From Nymphaea colorata (Eukaryota): 64,000 bases of DNA. The stretch spans positions 12,958,001-13,022,000 of the forward strand of contig NC_045138.2 in the NCBI RefSeq assembly GCF_008831285.2, in the 5' to 3' direction. The position numbers and the translations under genes were made by a program. Shown piece by piece: positions 36,596 to 49,000 of this stretch. Position 1 is the first letter of the stretch. Each line of letters opens with the position of its first letter. The notes beneath the pieces were generated by a model, which saw nothing but the letters and a program-made list of their open reading frames with translations, was not told the DNA's origin and did no database searches.

Positions 36596-39009
36596 CATTA
36601 AAGAAACACAAACAAAATTTACGTCCCTCAAGAGAACATTTATAAGCTATGGTAAATGTTTCAAACCTTTTCAACCAAAGAAATGTCTCATGCGATGCAT
36701 CCCTTTCTTATCCACGCAATAATTGGTTTTTACATGAGGTTGAGTACTCTTTGAGTGTCTTTTTTTTTTCTTTCTCTCTAGGGCTTTGTGGCAAAAAACT
36801 AATGTTTTTAAAACTTGAGTTGCATTTGAGATTAAGTTCCAAATGCGTCTCCTGCATAATTGAGTGCCGTTTGTGTGACTTACTCGGAGCCGTAATGATG
36901 ATGACTGAAACCGTCTTATGATTCATTCCATCGATTACGTGTGAATTTTCATGTTTATACGTTTAGCTAATATTTATGCTATAAGCAATAAAAACTCCAG
37001 GGAAATGAGAAGGAAGTACTACACCCTCTCACTGACTCCTCCCTCATTTCTATAGTTAAGTGTCTTTGTTGAGACCGGTCTCTTGATTGGCTGTTGGAAT
37101 CACATCTCAAAGATCATGGTGTTTTGTCATCCACACCTCCTATTCTATGGCCTGACAACAATGTTGACAGATGACGGTACTATGACGATTAGAGATTGTG
37201 GTGGCGAGGGCTATTCGTCTTCTGTGGAAAGGTTGCAAGAGTTGAAGGCACACAAAGGAGGAAGTTGCTCGAAAGAATCAGAGTCTTAAGTCAATTTTGG
37301 TTCACTCGACAAGAAATTTTCTTGTATATATACAACGACAACATGAAGGTATTCATACTCGTCCTCGTATACTACACTTTATAAAAGAATCTCATCTTAT
37401 ACTCATGTACCGACCGCTTGTTGAGTAGAAAGAAGCCCATCTTACACTCATATACCGACATCTTATATATATATGCAAATATCACTAAATTTGTAGGCTT
37501 CGTCGTTCAAAGACTCTTTAAAGTGATTATTAATCAATCAATCAATCAAATTGATTAATCTTTTGAAGTATCATCCGCTCAACTGGTTTCTAACATGAAG
37601 CTACAAATTACCAGTTACCGTTTTGGGGAAGATACATGGAAAGGGCTGAAACCCTTCCTTTCGAGGGCAGGTTGGTGGCCTGGGTGGACTTAGAATTGTT
37701 CTCTTCAACTCAAGAGTGGCGCCTGCCACCATTTTCAGCCCATATGAGTACCCAATACTAAATTTAGATGTCACAAAAAAAATATACATCAAATCCTCGG
37801 TCTTCCAAAGATTCTAATACAAAAATTGGGTGTCTTAACCTCTAAGTTAGAAAAAAGTCAAGAAAAAATAATGTATAGACCAGTGGTGTGTTCCGAGATT
37901 TTAAGTTGAGTTTGCACAAAAATTGGAAAATGCTTACTTTTTAGTGAAATTAATTCCATGTATCGCTTTATTATAATTCAAATGGTATTGTCATATTGGA
38001 AATTCCTTGACCACCGTAGATGTGTTTGCATCATGATCATTCGCAAAGACAACCTCCTACCTTTTGGAGTACCCAAAAGCTTCCGTTTTAAGATAAAACC
38101 TATTGTATGAGAATGGTCATACACGGACTGATGCTTTAACATATGACAACAAGAGAAAAAAAAAAGAAATACTTCTATTGTACTGGTGTTTGTTGGCAAG
38201 TCTATTGCCAACAAGATCAACGTGCCTGTTTTAGAAGATCTATTTAAAGAATAGACTATCTAGTTGAGGGTGATTGAGTTCAGTACCTGGGCAGCCTATG
38301 TTGGCATAATTTCACCAATACTTGCAATGCTAACTATGCTTTGATTTTTTCTATGAGTACATATTAATCTCATCTTCCCACTAATGCTGGTTATTTGCAT
38401 ATGCAGTTTTCTTTTTTAGTTTTTAGAAATTGGAGAACATTTATTTTAAGAATGTAGTTGTCCTGCCTAAGCTAACTCATGTGTGTGTAACATAACACCC
38501 TCTACGTGGGAAGCAGACTAAACTACCCTTATGTTGATAATATTCAGAACAAAATATTTGGCTTAGAAACGAAACGACATTCCCTAGCACCAGTGGTCTT
38601 GGTATGTATCTTTTTGGATATGAATCATAGTACAGATGGATCGAGATATGCCAAACCAGGCATGTCTAAAACATCAAAATATGTTGATTTTTTCTAAAAA
38701 AAAAAAAATTGGCCTTCGAACATTTTTTTTATTTGTAAAACTAATACCACAATGTTTGTTGTAAAATATGTAGGATTTTATATGGTTCTTCGTTATGTGG
38801 CGTATGATAGTGCTACAAAAGTCTTCGGTTCGTGTCTGCGCGTTCAAACTTTTTTTTTCGGCTTTGGGTTATGACTTTCCACCAACATTTGAAAGGAAGG
38901 ATAACAACAGTCCAGTTGTCTACCTTATTCATACTCATCGAAAGGAAAGCATGGAAGCAAATTTAATTCAAAAACGGAAAGCTTGCCAAACATTCTCCAT
39001 CTATCGTTA

Positions 39010-39450
39010 ATAAAAAGAAATGATAATACCGTTTCACCCTCTTTGCTTTTTTGTGCTTCTCCCCTTTTCGCTCTTTCTCTTTCTCCCTTTTTCTGCTTCT
39101 CCCCTTTTCCCTCTTCCGCTTTCTCCCCTTTTCCCTCTTCCGCTTTCTCCCTTTTTCTGCTTCTCCCCTTTTCCCTCTTCCTCTTTCTACCGCCGGTGGA
39201 TCGGTCGGCGTCGTTCAGATCCTCAGATGCACCTTCGGCCCTTTCTGTTTTTTCTCTCTCTCTCCTGCCAGTCCGGTGTGGAGTCGGTCGGCAACCATTG
39301 GAACTCGGTCTCCAGCGGCGGCTCCGTGGTCTTTCAGGAGGCAAATAATCCGGATTCAGATGGTGTGCTCATGGATTCATCCTTGCAGCCTGCCGGATTC
39401 GGCCTCTCGCCGTCTATGGCACCGGACTGGGGCCACGCTTTAATGTGAGT
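39010..39450 (+). other. 5'UTR/first-exon-like segment (CT-rich with ~24-bp repeats, GC-rich end, donor AAT|GTGAGT near 39444)
   Basis: ttctccccttttccctcttccgct-type repeats at 39057-39185, CpG-rich sequence at 39190-39440, and a consensus donor followed by U-rich intron-like sequence. Confidence 0.45.
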
Positions 39451-40007
39451 GTTCGCATCAGCGGAACCATGATTTTCTGTTGTCTGACTCCTGGTTCGTA
39501 TTTGAATTTTAATGTTCAATTTCATCGTTTTATTTGTCCACGTTCAGTTTAGTTTCCAATGGGCGATGATCAGAGATTATTATGGTTATTCATAATCTGA
39601 TGTCATTAGTGGATGATAATTGCAGAGTCATGGGAAAAATCAGCTGTTCATGAGTTTACTAATTTTATTATCTACTCTAATTGTGCACAATGGGTGGTTG
39701 CATTATTTTTAGATAAATTTTGCGCTTTCACAGGCATATGTAGCTTAAATCTTTGTAGTTTCTAATTATTGTATAGAATTTTGATTTATGATTGCTGTTT
39801 TAATTGAAAAAGAACAAGAAAAAATTGCTGTGAGGAACAGGCTGTTTTCGATCATTTTCTTATTTTTATGTCATTGATATAGCTGTCTAGAGGCAGGACC
39901 CGTGGATGGATTTGTATAGCTTAACCACATGAAAAATCGATAGTTTTTCTCATCATCCTATGACTTTGGACCTTCAGCAACGGTTAATTGATCATGAGAT
40001 TTGTATG

Positions 40008-43000
40008 GTGTCTGTAATCTGAAGGCTTCTTTACTTCACCTTTTAGTTTGCGGGTAAGTACTAAAAAGTAAAACTACTAAATTGCATCAGGGCTTGTCCT
40101 GAATTTAGGGGTTGCGAGGAAGCCAGAAGTCAGCCCGAATTTCGACCTTCAGTTTCAGGAATAGATTGAATAGAAAATCTTGGAAAATTGTCATTGTTGT
40201 TTGATTGAATTTTCAGAACTATCCTTAAAACTTTGGACAAGATGAATGCTCGGTGATATCCTCTAATTAAAAAACAGCTTAATCTTGAACATTAGAGACG
40301 AATATGTTCTCTTCCTACTTTCTCCTTACGTTTATCTTGCTCTATTGTGATATAATAAGCTGGCTCAACAAACACTAGTGAGGGGATTTAGGTGATATTG
40401 CCTTCCAAGAGGGGATTTAAGATCTCTGGTCATTTACAGCATATAATCAGAAATACGTGAGGCTAGAGAGTGTAGGCGTATAATCAACTAAGGAACGAGC
40501 TGATATTCGTACATTCGTTTGACTGATTGCAGTAGATGAAATGCAATAAAGGTGTCTAAGTTGGTGCAATGCGGTTCTTAGATTAAAAAATTTGTGCTTG
40601 CTGGTTGTCATCTAGCATTCTCACTTTTGAGCAACATTGAAATTGCAGGAAGGAGGAGCCTCTATGAAACCAGTGAGGACAACTTCTTTTCAGCAGTCAT
40701 GCCAAACTTCAGCATGTCTCAGTAATTTTCTTTCTCTTATACCTGATTGTTTAAGAATACTTATCGACAATCCCACCCAAATGACAGGCTGAAAAATGAT
40801 TTTCCATTTTCAGAACCTATTGTCAAACATGCGTTTGCTTTTTTATTATTACAGTCACTATTTTCTTCTTGTGTTTTTGTCGTTGTCTTCTCTATGCAAA
40901 ATTTTGTCATGATATGAGGAATTTTTTTAGGGGTGAAAATATTTTGAGCAATCTTGCAACTCCTGCTTGTGGTTGGTGCTCACTTTTATTTTGGTGGTCT
41001 ATTCTTTAGCATTGTCACACCCTCACTTCTAAGGGCTCTTTTCTTTCCAAACTTACAGTTGCTTTTGAAGTATATGTTCCTACCTTGCTGTTATCTTTTT
41101 TTGTGAAATGATTTTGCAAGTTTCCTGATTAGGCCAACTACTCCAAAGCTTACTTTTGGGGAAAAAAAACCTTTTCGTTCCAACTATCTGTGGAACCCTT
41201 GTTCACTAAGAAGCCCATATGTACCAAGGACTTGTAGCCTCTAGGCTTTTCCTTTTTTGTAGAGGACCTTATAGGAGAGTGTGATGGAGCCTACTCTTTT
41301 ACATCCCTCCAAAACCCATTACACGGGTCACTCCAGTTTCACAAACACCCTATCTATGGGGAAAAGAGAGACTCCTTATCTGGACAATGTATCATTTGAT
41401 GTCGGCAGTTTTCCAAAAGTTTTTAGCCCTATATTTGTTCAAAAGGACTTTCATGCACAATGGTATACCTTCTTTTTTTCTTAAGTATTTTTTTAAGGAG
41501 AAGGTTGAAGTTTGAAACTTTTGTTGTCAGTCAACGAGAGGTAAAACTGGAAAGATCCTCGATGTGAACAGTGTGGGAGAATCTGATGACACTGAGGAAG
41601 TCAAGGATTAGAAAAAGCTATTAGCCTTAGCAATCAAACATCTGCAAGGGTTTAGCAGGAGAATGCTATGAGAATGAAGCCCTAGTGTCCTGTAAAATCT
41701 TGGCAGGTAGCAAAATGAGAGTTGAGGGTGAGCTCGGGGCAAGTGTAGTCGTTCCTCTAGGTCAATACGTGAGAGTACTGAGAAGGCGCATAGCTGATTT
41801 GCGTCTCTCTTGCGAAATCATGTGACCTATGAACTTTTGTCTAGTCGTGGCCTGAAGCCTTCTGAACTCGAGCAAGTAAGTCCGAGGGGTGTTCTACACC
41901 TGGTACCCTAAGGCCAACTGGTCTGGGAGCTGCCGGCCCAAAGCTCGCTACACGGGTTCAGTAGAAAGCCCAATAGGCACGATATTGCACAAGACAAAAC
42001 TACACAACCACCAAAATGGTGGAGCTTCGTAGTAGCCTTTGGGGTGGTGAGGTATTTCCCTCAAAGGTGAAGGGTGGCTCAGTTAGAAAAAGAAAAAGAA
42101 AAAGAAAAAGAGCAAAATCAAAAGAAAAATCCAAAATCAAAAGCAAAAAGAAAAAGAAAAAAAAGTGCCTGCCAAGAGATGAAAGATATGAAGGCCGAAC
42201 TCTAAAGTATTGAATGAAAAAATCTTTTTCAGATGGATGATTATAGGCTAATATCTGTTCCTCTTCTATGACTTTCTATGAAATTGAGGACGATTCCTCT
42301 ATGTTCATGTTTTGGAAATGGAAAGAAATCCCTTCAAGAGACTGGACAACATTGGTGCGAGATGAATCCGGACACTTAATGAATACTTCTGGTAAATGAA
42401 GGCCATATCTCCTGCACACTACGAGCACTCAAAGCCTATAGGGCAAAGAATTGAAAATTTTTTGAGCTATTTTAAAGACAAATCTTTGCAAAGGATTTTG
42501 CTACATTTGTGGCTCCTGGTTATTGGAGAAATCTAGTTCCCTTAGGACTTGATGGATGCAGCCCTTTCATTTCCTTCTATGCTAGTCCATTCACGGAATG
42601 GATGAAACATCTCAAAATTAGTCTACTCATGCTAAGTGTGATGTCTTCCCCCGCTGTTCCCTAGGTTTACCTCTTGCGTTTTCCCTCTAAATTTGATCTC
42701 CAACTCTATTTTCAGCTAAGCTTCAACTTCTTCCCTCCTGCTGTATGTTGGAATCCCAGCCATGGAGTTGTCCCCTTAGGTCCTGTTTTTAGTGTCGCCC
42801 ATCTTTAAACCCTAATTTTACTAGTTGTTTTCTAAACTAGGTTAAATCATGTTTTAATCTTATTTAAAATCTAGCTTCGGCCTTTGTTTTCAAATTTCAT
42901 GCGTCATGTAGATCTGGCCATCTAGGCTCCATGCATTCATGGATCCAATAATGAGAAGGTTTTTAAAGTATATTTTACATATTCTTAAAACCCTAAGGTG

Positions 43001-46000
43001 GGTTTGTGGTACTTGCCAGGTCTTGTGATCTATTTTGTTATATAAGGTTAATAACTAGATATGGTGTTGTTTGATGAATTTGTGGAGATTGATGAATTTG
43101 TTTAAGTGCTACTTGAGCATTTAGCGAAACAGCAGAGCACTCGCTGTCTTTTTTGTGCATGTACTTTGCAAAAATATACTTCTCAGTCTTATGAAGCAAC
43201 AAGGCCCAAGTATCATGTACAACTGAAGCTGTTATGCACATTTAGTTGCTTTTCAACTCACACCGGTTACTTCTTTCATTTTGTTTTCAGGATTGTTTTT
43301 CCTGCCATGAAGTTTCATCAAATCTTGGAATATCAATTTTTTATTCTTCAAGATATATAGCGGAAAATGTAGCATGAAGTCGTTGAGTTGGTGGGAATTT
43401 TTCTAAACATGGTTGTTGTATTTCATCCGTTGATTGTTCATAATAGCAGTTATGAGTCACGTGTTTCCTCATTTTTTACTTTTAACATCTAAAAGTGGTG
43501 AGATCTTTTTTGCAAATGCCACAGGGTATCATAAGTCATCATCGTTCTTCAGTTTCGTTTTTAATTTGTCTCTATTTTTCCTTAAGATCGAATGGCACTA
43601 CTCTATTTTATTGTCTTAAATTTTCCACTCTCATTGCATGGCCTTGTGAGGTGCCTGCTTTAAGTGGAATAACAAGTTCTTCTTCAATACGAGAAGCTCA
43701 AAACGGAGTTATCATTCCAATGAATCTTTAGTTGCAGGCAATTCGATTTTTTAGTGGATTGAACTTGACATTTGACATAGGTGGCATTCTTGTCTTGAGG
43801 GCTGAAGGTCGTGAGAGGGCCTCATGTACCTGCCATATTCCATTGCTGTTGAAAGCTATGAATTTGGGCCTATACGTGATTGTGATTAGTATTTTCAATT
43901 TAGGTTATCATGTATCTTTTAGGGACCTAGTATGAGGGAGCTAACCAAAAGACCTCTGAAACATTCTGATTGAATCTCCACAAATTGAAAGCACGTTCCT
44001 TTTCACAATCTAGTTTTTAACTAAAGAGGCACAAACGTGTTCAAATTTTTTGAATGGATCCTGGATAATTGAACAAACACAGGTCCTTATGCTGCTGTAA
44101 AACTGTGGGTGCTAACTATACAAAATGCTGGTTTCTTTGGCAATATTTTCTGTAGATTCTGTATTATAAATTTTTGCTGCACAACTTATTGTTGGAAAGT
44201 GTCAATGTCCAAGGATGTCATGCACGATCTACTGTCAACACCATCTATTTCTACTAGCACACCTGACATAGAAATTTCAAGTCTTGTGGAGTGTGGTAGC
44301 ACCATTCAGAAAGCAGAAGTGTATAAGATGTAAGTGCTTAAGATATCTCATGGATCTTGCCTTTCTCATGTCTTCTGCACACTAATTGTTGGTTAACCAA
44401 GTTATTGCTGCTAACGTAAAATTCTCATTTTGTTGTTTCCACTTTCTTTCACAAATCCATTGCATTTATTTGATATCTGTAGTGTCATTTCTTGTACTTT
44501 GAGCTCCCATGCTGGTCCTAATGTCCTTTCTTGTACTTTGAGCTATCATGTTGGTCCCGTTGTCGCCTACTGTACCTGGAAAGAGGAGAGTACCACTTCC
44601 ACCTTTTATGGCAGGAGTAAGAAAGTTACTCTGAAAATAACTCCATGAGGGCTGCATTTTTAGCCAAATTTTCTTTTTCTTTCTTGTTACATCTCTTGTC
44701 TATCCAGGTAAAGAAAATATCTGTACAAACTTCAAATTGTCTGAGATAAGCCTATGATGCTGATCCAAATGCTGCCCATAGCTGCAGTTTGCACTTTACA
44801 CTCTAAAAGTCTATGAAACTAGGACTGCTACTAGTGTGAACAAGCGGATCTCAAGGAAGTGCACATCCATTTTAAACATTGCATTTAGTTCCCCTTTTGC
44901 TGATTTAGTTTCACAATAGGATCAATAGAATGCCTTTTCTCCTTGCTATGCTAGGTCCTCTCAATGTGTCTGTAATCTGAAGGCTTCTTTACTTCACCTT
45001 TTAGTTTGCGGGTAAGTACTAAAAAGTAAAACTACTAAATTGCATCAGGGCTTGTCCTGAATTTAGGGGTTGCGAGGATGCCAGAAGTCAGCCCGAATTT
45101 CGACCTTCAGTTTGAGGAATAGATTGAATAGAAAATCTTGGAAAATTGTCATTGTTGTTTGATTGAATTTTCAGAACTATCCTTAAAACTTTGGACAAGA
45201 TGAATGCTCGGTGATATCCTCTAATTAAAAAACAGCTTAATCTTGAACATTAGAGATGAATATGTTCTCTTCCTACTTTCTCCTTACGTTTATCTTGCTC
45301 TATTGTGATATAATAAGCTGGCTCAACAAACACTAGTGAGGGGATTTAGGTGATATTGCCTTCCAAGAGGGGATTTAAGATCTCTGGTCATTTAGAGCAT
45401 ATAATCAGAAATACGTGAGGCTAGAGAGTGTAGGCGTATAATCAACTAAGGAACGAGCTGATATTCGTACATTCGTTTGACTGATTGCAGTAGATGAAAT
45501 GCAATAAAGGTGTCTAAGTTGGTGCAATGCGGTTCTTAGATTAAAAAATTTGTGCTTGCTGGTTGTTATCTAGCATTCTCACTTTTGAGCAACATTGAAA
45601 TTGCAGGAAGGAGGAGCCTCTATGAAACCAGTGAGGACAACTTCTTTTCAGCAGTCATGCCAAACTTCAGCATGTCTCAGTAATTTTCTTTCTCTTATAC
45701 CTGATTGTTTAAGAATACTTATCGACACTCCCACCCAAATGACAGGCTGAAAAATGATTTTCCATTTTCAGAACCTATTGTCAAACATGCGTTTGCTTTT
45801 TTATTATTACAGTCACTATTTTCTTCTTGTGTTTTTGTCGTTGTCTTCTCTATGCAAAATTTTGTCATGATATGAGGAATTTTTTTAGGGGTGAAAATAT
45901 TTTGAGCAATCTTGCAACTCGTGCTTGTGGTTGGTGCTCACTTTTATTTTGGTGGTCTATTCTTTAGCATTGTCACACCCTCACTTCTAAGGGCTCTTTT

Positions 46001-49000
46001 CTTTCCAAACTTACAGTTGCTTTTGAAGTATATGTTCCTACCTTGCTGTTATCTTTTTTTGTGAAATGATTTTGCAAGTTTCCTGATTAGGCCAACTACT
46101 CCAAAGCTTACTTTTGGGGAAAAAAAACCTTTTCGTTCCAACTATCTGTGGAACCCTTGTTCACTAAGAAGCCCATATGTACCAAGGACTTGTAGCCTCT
46201 AGGCTTTTCCTTTTTTGTAGAGGACCTTATAGGAGAGTGTAATGGAGCCTACTCTTTTACATCCCTCCAAAACCCATTACACGGGTCACTCCAGTTTCAC
46301 AAACACCCTATCTATGGGGAAAAGAGAGACTCCTTATCTGGACAATGTATCATTTGATGTCGGCAGTTTTCCAAAAGTTTTTAGCCCTATATTTGTTCAA
46401 AAGGACTTTCATGCACAATGGTATACCTTCTTTTTTTCTTAAGTATTTTTTTAAGGAGAAGGTTGAAGTTTGAAACTTTTGTTGTCAGTCAACGAGAGGT
46501 AAAACTGGAAAGATCCTCGATGTGAACAGTGTGGGAGAATCTGATGACACTGAGGAAGTCAAAGATTAGAAAAAGCTATTAGCCTTAGCAATCAAACATC
46601 TGCAAGGGTTTAGCAGGAGAATGCTATGAGAATGAAGCCCTAGTGTCCTGTAAAATCTTGGCAGGTAGCAAAATGAGAGTTGAGGGTGAGCTCGGGGCAA
46701 GTGTAGTCGTTCCTCTAGGTCAATACGTGAGAGTACTGAGAAGGCGCATAGCTGATTTGCGTCTCTCTTGCGAAATCATGTGACCTATGAACTTTTGTCT
46801 AGTCGTGGCCTGAAGCCTTCTGAACTCGAGCAAGTAAGTCCGAGGGGTGTTCTACACCTGGTACCCTAAGGCCAACTGGTCTGGGAGCTGCCGGCCCAAA
46901 GCTCGCTACACGGGTTCAGTAGAAAGCCCAATAGGCACGATATTGCACAAGACAAAACTACACAACCACCAAAATGGTGGAGCTTCGTAGTAGCCTTTGG
47001 GGTGGTGAGGTATTTCCCTCAAAGGTGAAGGGTGGCTCAGTTAGAAAAAGAAAAAGAAAAAGAAAAAGAGCAAAATCAAAAGAAAAATCCAAAATCAAAA
47101 GCAAAAAGAAAAAGAAAAAAAAGTGCCTGCCAAGAGATGAAAGATATGAAGGCCGAACTCTAAAGTATTGAATGAAAAAATCTTTTTCAGATGGATGATT
47201 ATAGGCTAATATCTGTTCCTCTTCTATGACTTTCTATGAAATTGAGGACGATTCCTCTATGTTCATGTTTTGGAAATGGAAAGAAATCCCTTCAAGAGAC
47301 TGGACAACATTGGTGCGAGATGAATCCGGACACTTAATGAATACTTCTGGTAAATGAAGGCCATATCTCCTGCACACTACGAGCACTCAAAGCCTATAGG
47401 GCAAAGAATTGAAAATTTTTTGAGCTATTTTAAAGACAAATCTTTGCAAAGGATTTTGCTACATTTGTGGCTCCTGGTTATTGGAGAAATCTAGTTCCCT
47501 TAGGACTTGATGGATGCAGCCCTTTCATTTCCTTCTATGCTAGTCCATTCACGGAATGGATGAAACATCTCAAAGTTAGTCTACTCATGCTAAGTGTGAT
47601 GTCTTCCCCCGCTGTTCCCTAGGTTTACCTCTTGCGTTTTCCCTCTAAATTTGATCTCCAACTCTATTTTCAGCTAAGCTTCAACTTCTTCCCTCCTGCT
47701 GTATGTTGGAATCCCAGCCATGGAGTTGTCCCCTTAGGTCCTGTTTTTAGTGTCGCCCATCTTTAAACCCTAATTTTACTAGTTGTTTTCTAAACTAGGT
47801 TAAATCATGTTTTAATCTTATTTAAAATCTAGCTTCGGCCTTTGTTTTCAAATTTCATGCGTCATGTAGATCTGGCCATCTAGGCCCCACGCATTCATGG
47901 ATCCAATAATGAGAAGGTTTTTAAAGTATATTTTACATATTCTTAAAACCCTAAGGTGGGTTTGTGGTACTTGCCAGGTCTTGTGATCTATTTTGTTATA
48001 TAAGGTTAATAACTAGATATGGTGTTGTTTGATGAATTTGTGGAGATTGATGAATTTGTTTAAGTGCTACTTGAGCATTTAGCGAAACAGCAGAGCACTC
48101 GCTGTCTTTTTTGTGCATGTACTTTGCAAAAATATACTTCTCAGTCTTATGAAGCAACAAGGCCCAAGTATCATGTACAACTGAAGCTGTTATGCACATT
48201 TAGTTGCTTTTCAACTCACATCGGTTACTTCTTTCATTTTGTTTTCAGGATTGTTTTTCCTGCCATGAAGTTTCATCAAATCTTGGAATATCAATTTTTT
48301 ATTCTTCAAGATATATAGCGGAAAATGTAGCATGAAGTCGTTGAGTTGGTGGGAATTTTTCTAAACATGGTTGTTGTATTTCATCCGTTGATTGTTCATA
48401 ATAGCAGTTATGAGTCACGTGTTTCCTCATTTTTTACTTTTAACATCTAAAAGTGGTGAGATCTTTTTTGCAAATGCCACAGGGTATCATAAGTCATCAT
48501 CGTTCTTCAGTTTCGTTTTTAATTTGTCTCTATTTTTCCTTAAGATCGAATGGCACTACTCTATTTTATTGTCTTAAATTTTCCACTCTCATTGCATGGC
48601 CTTGTGAGGTGCCTGCTTTAAGTGGAATAACAAGTTCTTCTTCAATACGAGAAGCTCAAAACGGAGTTATCATTCCAATGAATCTTTAGTTGCAGGCAAT
48701 TCGATTTTTTAGTGGATTGAACTTGACATTTGACATAGGTGGCATTCTTGTCTTGAGGGCTGAAGGTCGTGAGAGGGCCTCATGTACCTGCCATATTCCA
48801 TTGCTGTTGAAAGCTATGAATTTGGGCCTATACGTGATTGTGATTAGTATTTTCAATTTAGGTTATCATGTATCTTTTAGGGACCTAGTATGAGGGAGCT
48901 AACCAAAAGACCTCTGAAACATTCTGATTGAATCTCCACAAATTGAAAGCACGTTCCTTTTCACAATCTAGTTTTTAACTAAAGAGGCACAAACGTGTTC

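Noticed and set aside
37092..37595. Solo LTR (TGTTGG...CTAACA)
   Set aside because: The termini fit, but the flanks (TTGGC / TGAAG) give no TSD and there is no second full copy in the window.
38925..39525. 120-140 aa ORFs on both strands
   Set aside because: They derive from CT/GA-rich simple repeats with no recognisable domain.
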